Source of the DNA: Batkoa obscura
Lineage: Eukaryota
NCBI GenBank assembly: GCA_030770535.1
Contig: JASVEC010000014.1
Coordinates: 558,001 to 622,000 of the forward strand
DNA: 64,000 bases
Direction of reading: 5' to 3'
Part shown: positions 1 through 14,436 of the stretch, one piece after another
Numbering within the stretch: position 1 is the first letter of the stretch
Layout of the letters: each line of letters starts with the position of its first letter
Program-made: the position numbers and the translations under genes
The notes under the pieces: model-generated
What the model was told of the DNA's origin: nothing
What the model saw: the letters and a program-made list of their open reading frames with translations, nothing else
Database searches by the model: none

Positions 1-520
1 GCGCCAAAACAGGGAAAGCAGTAATAGCCATAGCAACACCTAAGAATAGAAGATAAACACCGAAGGAAGCAGTTTTAGTTTCGGGCTCAGTAATGTTATA
101 AAGAGCATAAGAGACGGCAGCACCACAACCAAATGGAACAGCCATACCAGCTAATGAAATAACAAAACTTTTACGAATACTTTCTTTTAGCATACGAGGA
201 TCTAGTTCTAAACCTACTAAAAATAAAAATAAAACTAAACCAAAATTGGAAACGAGATTGATAAATGGTAATGAATCTTTTGGGAAAATGGCATCTTTAA
301 AACCGGGGATTTTACCCATAGCAGTGGGACCAAGTATAATACCACCAATAATTTCGGCAATTACACTTGGTTGTTTAAGTGGGGATAATATAAATTTAAT
401 TAGTCGACACATTAATATAATAATTAACATTTGGATAATAAAAGTTGGTAAAGGATTTGCGGTTGTAAATACGAAGGGATTAGACCCAGCTAAAATACCA
501 GCACCATGAGTAGCAGCCAT
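1..520 (-). CDS. KHA1: K+/H+ antiporter (CPA2, Kha1-like), 5' part; runs off the window start
   Basis: Minus-strand frame from ATG at 520: MAATHGAGILAGSNPF...LKQPSVIAEIIGGIILGPTAMG...FGLVLFLFLVGLELD...AITAFPVLA, typical Kha1/CHX motifs. Confidence 0.9.
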   Translation of the reverse strand, partial: MAATHGAGILAGSNPFVFTTANPLPTFIIQMLIIILMCRLIKFILSPLKQPSVIAEIIGGIILGPTAMGKIPGFKDAIFPKDSLPFINLVSNFGLVLFLFLVGLELDPRMLKESIRKSFVISLAGMAVPFGCGAAVSYALYNITEPETKTASFGVYLLFLGVAMAITAFPVLA

Positions 521-2249
521 ATTTTATATATTTTATAAATTAAATTTGATTAGTCTAAAGGGTATATTTTTATTAGTTCAAGAGTATGATTTAATATACA
601 AATATTCAAGTTAAATTTCTTTTATTTTATAGCTTATTTGGAGCTTTTATACCTTTGTTTTCAGGGAGGGTTATTATCTAAGAATAAAACAAATAACCAT
701 AAAAGCGTACAGTGTTTATTCTCCTCTTTTCTACATATAGTAAACTTGAGCTTTTATCATATAAAGTCATTTGATAGTAAGGTCAATAAGGAACATTCGT
801 ATATATGAGAACCAGTTAAAAAACAATTGCTCACTTTGTTACAATGAGGTCTTTGAAATAAATGATTTGTTATTTGTAAAATTTTAAGAGGAGTAACTTT
901 ATCAAAGAAGGTAATATATTATTCTAGATTTTTTGTTACATTCAGATGATGCTCATAATATTCAAGTTTCTATATTTTAAATCTAAATTAAATGCTAACA
1001 CCAAGTTGTTTTGATAACTAATAAATATGGTAAATTTTTTGATTCTTTTGCCACATGTCCTATTCGTTTGAATCAATATAATTTATTAAAAGAACAAGAA
1101 TATTTTTTTAAATCTAAATATTTAAAAGGATGTTCTACCATTTGTTAAAGACATATCAAATATTAACAAATGCTTGATATGCCATTAAGTGCTTTTTTAT
1201 TATATTGTTATTGTTATGTCTATTGTGAAATATTTTATAGATGCAGGTGATTTATTAATTATAAGGTAACCCCTTTATTTAGAACTTTTTTTTAAGATTT
1301 ATAGCTTGAAACGTATTCTTAATAAAGATACAAATGTTTGTGTAATACATTTAATTGCTTGATTAACCTATTATATAAAATGATTAACCAATAATTGATT
1401 CTTTTTGATCATATAATTCACGAAAATTCGATACTGAGCATAATATAATGTATTTGTAATACAAATACATTAATAAAAGTAGGAAACTTTTACGTTACAC
1501 TTACAACTTTTAATATACCCAAACATTTGTATTAATTTTACATCTTAATGAAACTAGATCCTCTTTTAACCTTCTATAAATTCATACTTATTCAAAACAT
1601 CTATTTTCATTGAATAAGCTAATAGTACTTAAATAAATCTATAAATGAATTATTATTTTTTTATAAAAATTAACAATTAATAAGGGTTCCAAAATCTCAA
1701 ATATATGGTAAATTGTTGAATTAAATATGCTTAGAGAGCGGCCAAATGTCAAGAACAAATTAATTGAAAACTTAAATTGCTTTTCCCGATTTATTAGCTT
1801 TTATCAAATTAAACACGTTGATCTATTTTATTCTCAAAAGGCGGCCAAATTGTTATACCATTTTTTATACCTAACCATCCCCAAAAGTCCAGAATTGTAG
1901 CCAAATGTTCAAATTTTTGTTCGGTTTTATCAGTGAATTAAGTTTCCACTGATATTTATAATGACTTTTTTTCAGTAAAGTTAGTCATTTCATATGTATA
2001 ATTATTGGTATTTGAATTCTGAATTTTTTAAATACCATAGCATCCATTCATTTATGCATTATATATTATATTTTATTTTACTTTAAATAGCTATTCTATC
2101 AATTTTTGCTTAAAAATTAACTAAGGTTCTTTAATTAGTAATGTTCTTATGAATGAATCCTTTTGCTTATTCAACTCATTAGAAAGTTGCTTTTATCGAG
2201 CATTATTTGATTATAGATTTTTTGCATAAATTAAAATTTTAGTATGTTA

Positions 2250-2281
2250 TTTATCTATTTATCTATTTATCTATTTATCTA
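2250..2281. repeat. (TTTATCTA)n short tandem repeat
   Basis: About four tandem 8-mers seen directly. Confidence 0.7.
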
Positions 2282-2806
2282 TAATAAATATTTAAATGAA
2301 TTACTTTTTCTAAATCATTGACTCAGTATTTCAAACTAAATCAAATTTTTGTATAAAGTCCTAAATTCTTATAGTAGATAATATTTTATTTTAATTTACA
2401 AAAAAACAAATATAGATTCAAAGTTTTTAATAACCTTATCAGGTTGGAGAGGTAGAGTCATTCTTAATAAGGATCCTATGGTATCAGTGCTTCTGTTTCG
2501 AATTTCATTATTTGACTCTTGCAAATAATGTTAATATTGCACTAACATCTTTACTTTTTTTTATAATAAATATAGCCTAGGAATAGAATTTTTGAATAAA
2601 ATGTTTAATAATATCTATTTAAGCTCTATAGTTGTATGTCTCTGTTTTTTAATTTTTTTGATTGGAGTATAATTTTCTTAGAAAAACACTGCTCACTGCA
2701 AAAAGCAATGTTTATAGTTGCAGTCAATTACCTTCACCAAAAGCAATGGTAAAAAGTAGATATTATAAAAAAACTTTATAATATTTCAGTATAATAAACA
2801 ACTTAA

Positions 2807-2893
2807 TATATAGGGATGTTTTTTATAGTTTCATCACTTTTTTCATTTTCTAAGCGCTATTTGAGTGAAAAGAGTGTTAATAAAATTGTTAAC
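2807..2893 (+). mobile_element. MITE family A, truncated copy
   Basis: tatatagggatgtttttt...tcatcactttt...taagcgctatttgagtgaaaa...gttaataaaatt matches the family; right terminus missing. Confidence 0.65.
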
Positions 2894-3970
2894 CTATTTT
2901 TGTTTGAAATGTGTTAGTTTTAAGTGTATAATTGTTTAAAATTATATTTAAATCAGTAAATTTAAAAGGATCTAACAAGATAAAAGTGGGATTAATATAA
3001 TATCTTTAAAAGAGATAAAAGACAAAATAAAGCTTATTTTATTTTTATTTTTTAAAAAGTCTTTACATTGAATAAGAAAAAAAATATAAAGTTAAATGAT
3101 AATAGAACTTACTAAGTAGGTCAAGCTGTAAAGGGAGATATGATTAATTAAAATTCAGAATTTAGAGTTAATAAAACTTTGTAAATTAAATACAATAATA
3201 AAGATATAATAATAAAATCAGGAAAAGTAAACATATAAATTAAAAGAAGATAGTATATAAAATCAGAGAAAATATTTCTATTTTAAATCATGTATTTCTA
3301 AAATAATACAATATAGGCAATTAAGTTGATAGATAGACAACAAAGTAGGCCTCTATTAGACGTTAACTTTGATTTTATTTAATGAGAAGCTTAAAAATGA
3401 AGTGCATTATTTTAAACTAATGGCTCAAATTTTTTAAAAATTTTTTTATTCATTGAGAAAAACACTCAAATTAAAAATAAAGTTTCATTTAAATTGAATT
3501 AAATCCCAAAGCCACTGATTATTACATCACCATTAGTCGATTTCACTAAGAATTCGCGAATAATAAAGTTACTAAGAATTTTAGTAAAAACAGCTGATTT
3601 TTATCATTCGATAAAAGCAATCAATATGTAGTTTATTTTTATATTTATTAAAATAAGAATTAAAATTATATTGAACATTTAAGGTTGATTAAAGATTGAT
3701 TTTAAATATTATTCAAACAAATCTATTGTTGTAAAATTCTAGCTTTAAAACATTTTTTTAACTTAACCAATAAATTTTAGAATATCTTCAATAATTATCG
3801 AACTCCACCAATCAATTAAATCTCCTTTATCCAATTTGTACCAATGACTATTATCACATGGAACTTTTGAAGTTTCTAATTTTCTAGGAACAAGAATAAT
3901 AATAATAATTAAAAACAACGGTCACCCTTTTATTATATTTAACAAAGCTAAATAACGATAAATTCGAGAG

Positions 3971-5047
3971 ATGAAATTTTTAGAAAGTGTTGATTTAGAA
4001 TATTTGAATCAAGCCTTGACTTTTGAGACTTCAGATTGTAAAGTCATTGGACGAATTGAACCATATTCTTGTAAGTAGAATTTAGTTTATTGATTCATAC
4101 AACTCATTTTGTTCAATTAATATCCATTCTCTTTTACTAGGTAAACAAACGATAGGAGACAAAAAATTATTTAAACGATTAGAGATTCAATATGTAGAAG
4201 AAAATAGTAAAAAAAAAAGAAATTTTAAATATAAATTCAAAGAAGATGGACATGAACTGGAACTTAAAAATGAGATTGAAAGTGAAATTGAAATGGAAGA
4301 TAACTCACCCATGAATTCATTTAATGGTTCAACCATCTCCCCCTTTGGTCCTATTAATTTACAAAGTTCTAGAAAAACTTTTTTTTATTTAATATCTACT
4401 TTAAATGAAACGTTTCCAGATTATGACTTTAGGTAGCTCTTTTTTAAATATTTGTTAAGAATTGAAAGTTAATCCTCCTTTTTTCTCTTTTATTGATAGT
4501 CGTCTTAAACATGATCAATTTATTAAAACAGAATCATTACAAATGGTTATGAATTCAATTAATTATACTTTAATTAGTGCAGGAGCACAAAGTATTTTAA
4601 ATCAGATTAATCTATGGGATCATATTGATTTCATGATCCAGTTAAAAGATGCAGATATTTATAGCTATGTGCCTGATTTAGATACTGATCCTTTTGCTGA
4701 ACATGGTTGTATGTAAGTTTTTAATTAATTAATATTATTGATATTAACATTAATTGATTTTTTAGTTGGTCATTTAACTATTTCTTTTTTAATAAAAAAC
4801 TAAAAAGAATTATTTATTTTACTTGTAGAGGAGTTAGGTAATTTATTATTTTAATTTTATTTAGAATAAGAACAATTTATTTTTATTTTAGTTTAAAAAG
4901 TAGGATAGATGAGGGATTAGGTTCTTCACTTACTGATGAAATATTGGAGGATGAAATGTAAGTATTTATTTAATTATTAATATTTTGTATAATTTTAATA
5001 CTATTTTTAGGATTGAGGATGATTTTATAGGGGACTTTGAATTTTAA
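3971..5047 (+). CDS. MAF1: RNA polymerase III repressor Maf1 (spliced)
   Basis: [16 protein letters not shown]...[67 protein letters not shown] introns. Confidence 0.93.
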
Positions 5048-5744
5048 TATTTTAAAAAAATATATGAATCTATTGTTTCAATATCCTAATTCATTTTTTT
5101 AGGATAATTGAAATTTTTTTAATATATATACATTATCTTACTATCTTCCCCTTATTATACCCTATTATTCTACTATTATGTATTATTTTCAGTTTAAAGG
5201 TTCATACAATTTAATTAATCAATAATTAAACTATATGGACCTAAATAAACTTATATATTGCTTATTAACTAATAGTTAATTTTTTTATACCTCATTAATC
5301 TCCTTTTTGGTGTGGTTAAATTTATTGTTTGGTACTTTACCTCGATGTTGTCTCTGAAGATAAAGTGTGTAAGTTTCTTTCAATTTATGTTTAGAAATAA
5401 TAAACTAGGAGCTCACGTGAGGCTATATCTCGTATCATATATTCGTACCAATATAATCAAGTAAATGCAGGTATTATACAAGGGTAAGTTTTTATTTTAA
5501 TAAAGTATTTGAAATAATTTTACAACTTTGATCTATTTTTTTAAAACACTCATTTTTATTCTTTTGATTAGTTCAATCATTTATAATATAATTTATTTAT
5601 TATTGTTTTATTTCACTTTTGTTTTATTGATATTATCCTCAATTTAACCTAAATCTATTTAAATCTTATTTTATTTCTCTAAATAAATATACTTACCTCT
5701 AACTCAATAACCTTCACTTATTTCTATGTTTATATTTTATCCCT

Positions 5745-7572
5745 TCAATTTTGTTCTTTACTAATTAATAAATTATAATAATTTCCTAAGGCAATATCTT
5801 GAATATACGATTTATCATAATTCAATGGCAATATTCTTGGTATAAAACAATGATTATTATCTTCTCCCAAACCAAGTGAACTTGTTATAGGTGATGCCAT
5901 ACCCCATATATAAGCTTCACCATTAACTAAAATAACATAAAAATAAATTAATATAATAAAATATAACTCGGAATAATTACCATTAATTGCAGCTGCTGTT
6001 CTCGGTCCTGCAATAATCTTTTGAATCCTTTTTAATCCTATCACTTCGCTTGGTATTAATGTTTCTGTTATATCCTTCCCTAATCCTAATACACCAAAAC
6101 CAACGGTAAATACTTGTCCATTTTCTATAAAAAATAAAATAAGATTTAATTTTAATAATAATAATAGTTATTATTTAATAACTTACCCGTTAGAAATAAT
6201 GAAAAACTACCGCCACTAGCAATGTCAATTATTTTTTCATTGAAATTTATAGAAAGTGGTTCAAGTATCTAAATATATATAAAATAAAATAATTTGTTAT
6301 TATTAATTAATTTAAAATAACCATGGTTTATAGATTTACTCTATCAATAATTTGACCTTGTCCACCTTGACCATATTCTGAATTACCCCAACTAAATACC
6401 TTACCTTGATCTACATAATAAATAAATGAATAAATTGATATAAATTAACTCTTACTCCTCCAGACTTTATAAATTTAATTTAATCACTTACCATTTAGTG
6501 CTAATGTACAATCATTACAACTACTAATTTTAATAATATTATGTTTATTTTCATTGAAATAGGGTATTTTAGTCGGTAAATATTTATTTTTAGGTGGACT
6601 TTCACCCAATCCTAATTGACCATCAGATCCCCAACCCATAGTATAAATATTATTATCTTCTAATTAAGTATAAAAAATGATAGTTTAATAAAAATAGCTA
6701 AAATAAAAAGACTTAAATTTAATATTGTTAAAAAAACTTACTTGTCACTAAAGCTGTATGATCCAATCCACAAGTTATTAATTTAATATCATTTAAATTA
6801 ATTTTTTGAAATTTCATTGAATAATTGACTATTCTTTGATTATCCCTTAGCTTACTACCTTCCATACCTAATTGCCCATTGTTGGAACTACCAGTGGCAA
6901 ATACACTAGATTCTAAATTGACAATTAAATAAATAAAATAAATAAATTTTTATTTTTTAAACTTACCTCCATTTTCATTTTCTATTTTAACAATACTATG
7001 TTCTCTTCCACACTGTATCGAACTGATTTTTCCTATTGGTAAATCTTTTATGAGTCCATAATCAAATTCTTCGGATGTTCGGTTTAATCCTATTTTCAAT
7101 AGAATTCTATTAATATTTATAGATAGAAGCTATAGTTTTTGAAACATAAGAGGATAATTTCAATTAAGCAAGAGGTTTATTGTAATGGCATAAATATAAA
7201 ATTACCTAATTGGCCTCGAGTATTTAAACCGAATGAAAATAATCCAAATTGTTTGCTAAAATTCTTTTCCTTTTTCTCAAAACTTATTAATCCATGTTGA
7301 AAACCTGAAGCTATTGATTTATATTCTATATCCTTCAATTAATTAATTAAATTATTTATTTATTTATTTATTAAAATTGAAATTAAAATTTTAACAAATT
7401 TGTCTTTATTTTCTTTAATTACCTTTAACTCAAGTAAGTTTAGTAACTGTGGTGTATGTAAATTGATAGAAGTGAAAGTGGAACTATTTTGAGATGATTG
7501 CACTTTATTTAAGTGTTTACCCCAACCATAAAGTTTTGTTGTGACTGAATTTAATGATAATGTGCTATGCAT
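5745..7572 (-). CDS. RCC1-repeat protein (RCC1L-like), multi-exon; start uncertain
   Basis: Repeated RCC1 motifs in minus-strand exons: FGLNTRGQL, CGREHS, TGSSNNGQLG, CGLDHTA, MGWGSDGQLG, WGNSEYGQGG. Confidence 0.8.
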
Positions 7573-7872
7573 AGAATTTATTGAGAAGTAAGATAGAAAA
7601 GATTAAAAAGGGAAAATTATATATCAAGGATTTTAATGAGATTGATTGGTTAATAAACTAATTTTGAAAAGTGAGTAAAATGAAAAATTGATGATGCTAT
7701 TTATTTATTTTTAATATTTTAAATTAAAAAAATACTTGAATTTTTTGTGATTATTTTGATTTTAGCTTAAATCTTTAATTAATAACTTGAAAGGAAGGCC
7801 TTTGGAAAAAAGTTTAGAAAAATCAACATTATCATTTACCATACTAACAAATATACTTTTTAACCCAATCTC

Positions 7873-8911
7873 ATGTCTACTTTAAAATCCCGTTTATTAC
7901 AAGCGGAGGTAAAAAATACATTACTTTTCATCTCAATTCCATTCATTTTATTTTTTTATTCATCTATAGAAAAAATCCAAATTGGCATCTGATTATTTCA
8001 ATCAAAAGCAATATGAATTAGCTAAAGAAACTTATGTTGATGCTGGATTATTAGTAACAGAAAATATAAAATTAGAAAAGGATAAAAAGTTAGTTGATTT
8101 AGCTTTTAGGAAATGTAATGAATATTTAGAAAAGGCTAAGTTTATTAAAGAAAAGTTTATCGATAATAATAAAAAAGAGGAGGGAGTTAAGAAAGAAGAT
8201 GCTATAGATAAAAAAGTGGAAAATATAAATAAGACAGAGATAAAATCAAAAGTTAATATGTTAAGTAAGTAATATTAATAATTTGAATTTATTTTATTTA
8301 AACTTAATGTCTTATTAGCTGAAGAAGAAAAAAGTATATTATTAGAAAGCTCAAAAATTCATGGTCGAATTTATTTACCATATTATGAAGATAACGATCA
8401 AAAGGAATTTTTAGAATCAGAACAAGATATATTGGCTTTAAGTTATAAACAAAAAGAAAGTATACCAAGATGGATAAGTTTAAGAGATTATTTTAAAACA
8501 AATATTAAATTAATTGACAATATCAATAGTAATAATATTATTCAAAAAACAGTAACTAATTGTTCTTTTATTGCCTCTTTAATAGTATGTGCAGAATATG
8601 AAATACGATTTAAAAAAAAGATTATAAGTGAAATTATTTATCCCAGAGAAATCAATTCTACTGGTAAATATACAATTAAATTACATTTTAATGGAATTGA
8701 TAGAAGAGTTACAATTGATGATTTAGTTCCAGTTGATTTAAATAATCAATTATTAACTAGTTATTCTAAAATATATGGAGAAATATGGCCAATATTATTA
8801 GAAAAAGCATATATGAAATTAAATAATGGTTATGAATTCAAAGGTAGTAATTCATCAATTGATTTAATGGCCATTACATCTTGGATTCCAGAACAATTAT
8901 TTTTAGATCAA

Positions 8912-8957
<46 letters not shown>

Positions 8958-11442
8958 GAAACAAGGAGAAGATAAAAGGACAAGAAATAATTTGGAATAA
9001 ATTATTTAAATCCTTTTTAAACGGTTATTGTTTATTAACAATTGGATCAAAGTTTTTAACAGAAATAGAAGAACAACAATTAGGTTTAATTTCTCATCAT
9101 GCATACGCTGTTTTGGATATGAAAGCGTTTAAAGAAGTTAAACTATTTAAGGTAATTATTTATTTATTTATTATTATTATAGAATTTAAGTTTAATAAAG
9201 AGAATTAATTTATAATAGATTAAAAATCCATGGGGTTATTTTGTATGGAAAGGAAAATATTCAAATTTAGACACAATTAATTGGACATTGGAATTATTAG
9301 AATATTTTAATTATGATATTGAACAGTCAAAATTGAAGGATGATGGTAAGATTAATAATAATTAATAATTAATATATTTATATTTATATTTATATTTATA
9401 TTTATATTTATTAGGTATTTTTTGGATTGATTTAGAATCTTTATGTAACTATTTTGAAGCATTTCATATTAACTGGAATCCTAATTATTATCCATTTACT
9501 TTTATTTATCATTTGTATGTAATTTTGTTTAATAATGATACAATAATAATAATAATTAATTTTTATTTTATTTTATTATAGTAAATGGTTACCAGATATT
9601 AATATTTTAAATGATCATATTAGTTTTGGTAATTATTAATAATGATATATTTAGTATACTTAATATACTTAATATAATTTATTAGGAAATAATCCTCAAT
9701 TTAATTTAAATGTGATGGTACCTAAAGAAACAAATAATTGCATGGTATGGGTATTATTAAGTCGACATATGGATGGTCAAGATGTATTAGATTCAGATTA
9801 TTTAGCTTTACACGTATTTAAAAACTCAAATCAATTTCCAGTATATTCACATCATCAACCTTTTATTAAAGTAATTTTTGGTTTTGGTTTATCTAAAAAA
9901 TTAATTAATTGATATTTTATTTTATTTTATTTTATTTAGAGTGCTTATTTTAACCATCCACATATTCTAGTAAGAGATAGATTATTTTTATAATGAAACT
10001 TAATTTTGTTTTACTCTATTTTTTATTTTAGACTAAATTTCAACCTGAATTGGGCAAAAACCAATATACCTTGGTGGTAAACTATTTAATATAATATAGT
10101 ATTTATTGTTTTTATTAAAATCCCAATTGTTAGGTATCACAAAAAGATAAAATTAAAAAATTTAATTTTACTATGAGAATATTTAGTACAAGTTATTTTG
10201 AATTTCATAAGGTTAAAATACCCAGATTTGAAACTGAAGTAAAGAGTTATTATATAATATATACCATTATATTTTAATTTTAATTTTTTTAGATAACCTC
10301 AGAGTGGGATTTATTTTCTAGTGGTAAGACATAAAATTCACTTTATTTTTATTAGAATAATTGATCTTCATTCTAAGGTGGTAATTTAACTAACTTTGAT
10401 TTTTTTAATAATCCACAATATTTATTATCAATTAAATCAATACCTCATAATAACAATAATACAAATAATAACGTTACAATTACATTATCATGTGATTGTA
10501 ATCAACTTATTGGTTTATTGATATTTAAAGGAAAAAAAGAAGTTAATGAGTAAGTTATTAATTAGTTAATTTATAAATTCAAATTTATTTAATCTATTTT
10601 TTAAAATTTTTAGTTTAGAAACGAGGGAGATTTTGAAACAAAGTGAACCTTATTTAAATCAATTTGTACAATTAAATTCGGAAATGAATGGTAATAATAA
10701 TAATAATAATAATAAATTATTTATTTATTTATTTATTAGAATCTACTTATATAATTATACCAACAACATATTATCCAAATCAACAAGCTAAATTTCATAT
10801 GAAAATTTATAGTGATATCGAAACTAATATAAAATTATTACCAATGGAAGGTAGTGGACTATATAAAAAAATACTTTCTGGGAATTGGTTAGATGATAAA
10901 AAAGAAAGTAGTATTGAGTTAATAGTTAAAAATAATACATATTTATTGTAAGTAATATAAAAGAATAAACTGTTTTAATTTTAATGTATTAATAATATTA
11001 TTTTAATTTTAATTTAGATTAAGGTTACAAATTAAAGATATTCATAATAATTCATTATTAGGATATTTGAGAGTATTGGATGAAATGGGAAATATGATTA
11101 ATGAGAGTTTAAAATATATTCAAAGTTATCAGGTAAGTTTTAGTTTTAATCGAGGAATTTTTAACTTATTTTTTTTTTTTCAATTATTTATTTTAGGGTA
11201 TTAGATTAGCTACTAAAATTGAACAAAAATATCAAAATAGTAGTATTCATTTCAAAAATGATAATAAAAGTAAGTTGAAATTAATAATAATAATAATTCT
11301 TTTAAAATTAATTAATATCAACTAATAATAATTCTGCCTTTTAGAGATTTTTTTGAAATTTGATACCAATTTTCAAAGTTTAGCTTATTGGGATTTAAAG
11401 ATTTATTCGGATCTACCAATAGTTAGTATCAATGTTGTTTAA
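7873..11442 (+). CDS. palB: Calpain-7/PalB-like cysteine protease (MIT-like N-terminus, calpain catalytic domain, domain III), many exons
   Basis: Catalytic triad motifs QKTVTNCSFIASL, HHAYAVL and KNPWG; WPILLEKAYMKL; NPQF/NPQY domain-III motifs. Confidence 0.9.
8911..8956 (+). repeat. (AAT)n coding microsatellite giving a poly-Asn insert in PalB
   Basis: About 15 AAT units in frame within ORF 8432..9208. Confidence 0.9.
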
Positions 11443-11528
11443 ATTATAAAGCTTGTCTTTGTTTACTGAAAAAGTGATTGATTAATAAATTAATAAACAA
11501 ATAAATAATATTATTCTGTAAGATTTAA

Positions 11529-11633
11529 TATATGGGGGTGTTTTTTTTGGTTTCATTACTTTATTTTTTAAGCCCTATTTGAGTAGAAAAGTTATTAGTA
11601 GAATTCTTAAACAAAAGAATACATCCCCATATA
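11529..11633 (+). mobile_element. MITE family A, full copy
   Basis: Terminal inverted repeats tatatgggggtgt / acatccccatata around the conserved core. Confidence 0.8.
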
Positions 11634-12030
11634 GTTTCGAATAATTTATAAACAGGACTTTAAATTGATAATATTTTTAAAAGATTGTCTTTAATTTATT
11701 ATAAATATTGAATTGTATTGAAAAAATGAATTAAATAATTGTAATAAAGAAGTGTTAATTTAATCAGTTAATGTAAAATTATAAAATAGGTTTAAAAATT
11801 CAATTATTTAATTTTAATCATTGTTAATAATTAAAACTTAAACAATTTAATATTAATAAAAAATTAGCTAATTATTGTACTTTGATAGGTGTAATCTCCT
11901 TTTTTAGATGGAAATTTCAATTAAAAATCAACAAGTAGAATTTATGGGAAGGAAGAGGGAGAGTATAACCAGAAAACTACAGTAAATTATTTTTTTTTGA
12001 GTATTTTGAAAAATAATAAGATCTAATCAA

Positions 12031-12139
12031 TATCTGGGGATGTTTTTTTTGGCTTCATTACTTTTTCCATCTTTTAAGCGCTATTTGCGTGGAAAAATTG
12101 TTAGTAAAATTCTTAAATACAAAAATACATCCCCATCTA
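12031..12139 (+). mobile_element. MITE family A, full copy
   Basis: tatctggggatgt...taagcgctatttgcgtggaaaaattgttagtaaaattcttaaa...acatccccatcta. Confidence 0.8.
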
Positions 12140-12394
12140 TTGTTTTAAAATAATTAAATTAAAAATTAATTATAATATATAAGCAATCCAGTATCTTTAT
12201 TTAATATTTTAATATACAAATTTTGTTTCATATCATATTAAATTTTAACATTTGACATCAAAATACTAAAGCATATAAAATGTAAATCCTAGTAGTAATA
12301 ACAAATATAAATTTCATGATAAAAAATAGCTATATAAATTCATGTCAAATATCATACTCTCAATAATAACTAAATCACTTAAATTTCCTATCTA

Positions 12395-12840
12395 CTGTGA
12401 AATCTGGTACTCAGTGTTTGGAGTCAAGAACAGCTATTTCTAGGTTGACTACACTATAAGTCGAAAGGTCTTAGTTTATGTGACTAAGATAGACTTGAAT
12501 TACGAGGAATAGCACGTAATAGGTTACAAGCTATATAAGACAAATAGAACAGACAATATTAATGTAAAATCTACGCAAAATAATATTAAGAAAACTTAGT
12601 GGCTTTATTAAATGTTCGAGATATCAGGGAATAATTCAGTTAAAAAGCCTTGAACTACTATACTCTGTAAACTCTTTTATACCCTGAAAAGTATAAATAT
12701 CAAAATGAGAAGATAATATTCTTTGGGATGGAGCTAGAAATTCTCATAACAAATCAAACTAAGAACGTGGGATTGATTTTCTCTGAACTCAAGAACACAA
12801 CAGCTTAGGCGATTGTTATGTTATAATTAACCATGGGACT
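12395..12840 (+). mobile_element. Decayed Tc1/IS630-like transposase remnant
   Basis: Ordered degenerate motifs: TVKSGTQCLESRTAIS (cf. Tc1 TVKHGGGSVMVWGCFS), (I)LWDGARNSH (cf. QDNAPCH), ELK...A*AIV (cf. SPDLNPIENLW); stops and frameshifts. Confidence 0.45.
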
Positions 12841-14332
12841 GACAAAGCGATATTTCACACTACTTCAAAAATGAGTTCGAAGAATTTTAAATTAGCTTTA
12901 ATTTAAATGCTTATAAGTGTTGATTCAGAGGATAGTTTGATTAAGGTAAAAGAGTTGATATCAAAAGTCAGTGGAAATGAAATGAAAATTCTAATTTCAT
13001 CTGCAAGGGTTCTGATATTATATCATTAGAAAAAGAAATATTTTATATATTTTTATGTTATTAAATTAAAGGTTATGAATTTATTAGTCAAAATAGGGTT
13101 ACTTGTAATTCTATTACTTTAAGGAAGTAACAAAGTTAGAATTCCTTTTGTATAATTGATTTCTAATTATTTTATTTTATTTTATTTTAGCAGGCAAGGT
13201 TTATATAATTGATGGTAATTAAAGTTAATAAATGAATTGAATTTAATAACATTGAAATTTAGGTAGTATTACTGAAAGAATTGAAGATAAATCATATAAT
13301 ATTTATATTATTTTTGACCCAAATGATAATATTATAAACTGTTTCAAAGTTTTGTTGTTTATCTCATATTATTGTTAAAGGAAACAATGTTGATAGGGAT
13401 AAAAAGATTGATTTATATGGAGGAAAAAGAATGAATATTAAACATTTCAAAGCAAATAACATTAATAACAATAGTTATTATTCCAACTTTTATTTTTTAA
13501 TATGATATGAAAGTGATGTACTTACTTCTGGAAACAAATTAATGTATATCAATACTAGTATTAAAATAAAATAAAATAAAGCTACTATTCATTAGATTTC
13601 AATTAATAATTAATAAAGAAGATAATAAAATTGGTATATATACTATGAACTTTGATTTCTAGAGTATGTTAAGATAGTATCAGAATAAAGTAACTAATTT
13701 TAAAGACCAACTCACTTTATTACTCAATGCCTTAGTATTAGGTTGTATTACTATGATTTACTCACTAGTCCTTGATTATTATAGTGCAAAAAAAGGTTAA
13801 CTTTTTTGTTAAAAGCTAATTTATCAATTAATTTATAACAAAAATAAATAATATACATTGAAACTAAATGAATTAGACCTATCTAGGAGGGTATGTATCA
13901 GTATATAATCCAATTCCAAATTATAAAAATTGAGGCATTTAATTATTGTTTATATTGATATTATATCACAAAAATCAGATAATGCTAGAAAGAATAATTC
14001 AATTATAAAGTTGGCTAAAGACACTTCAATGAGGTAATTTATTTAGTATTTATTTTTTATAAAGAAACAATAGGTTATTTGACAATAATTAATAAAAAAC
14101 AAATTACATATTTTTTATTTTTTATAGTTACTGGTTTATGACTATAGTTGAAGTGAAGATTATAATAAAATAATTAAAAAGTTCATATAGTATAAATGTA
14201 GTGATTAATTATGATTTAAATTACTAATAGTAATAAAAACAGTTTTGTATTCAAATTGAAAATTAAACACTGATTAGAACATTACAATAGCAAATAAAAT
14301 AAACGATTATATCGACATTAGGTATTTTTAAC

Positions 14333-14436
14333 ATATAGGGCTGTATTTTTTTGTTTAAGAATTTTGCTAACAATCTTTCTACTCAAATAGCGCTTAAAAA
14401 ATGAAAAAGTAACAAAATCAAAAAACATCCACATAT
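14333..14436 (-). mobile_element. MITE family A, reverse copy
   Basis: atatagggctgtattttt...ttaagaattttgctaacaa...ctcaaatagcgcttaaaaa...acatccacatat is the reverse complement of the family. Confidence 0.75.

Noticed and set aside
246..509. 87-aa plus-strand ORF
   Set aside because: Antisense shadow of the KHA1 coding sequence
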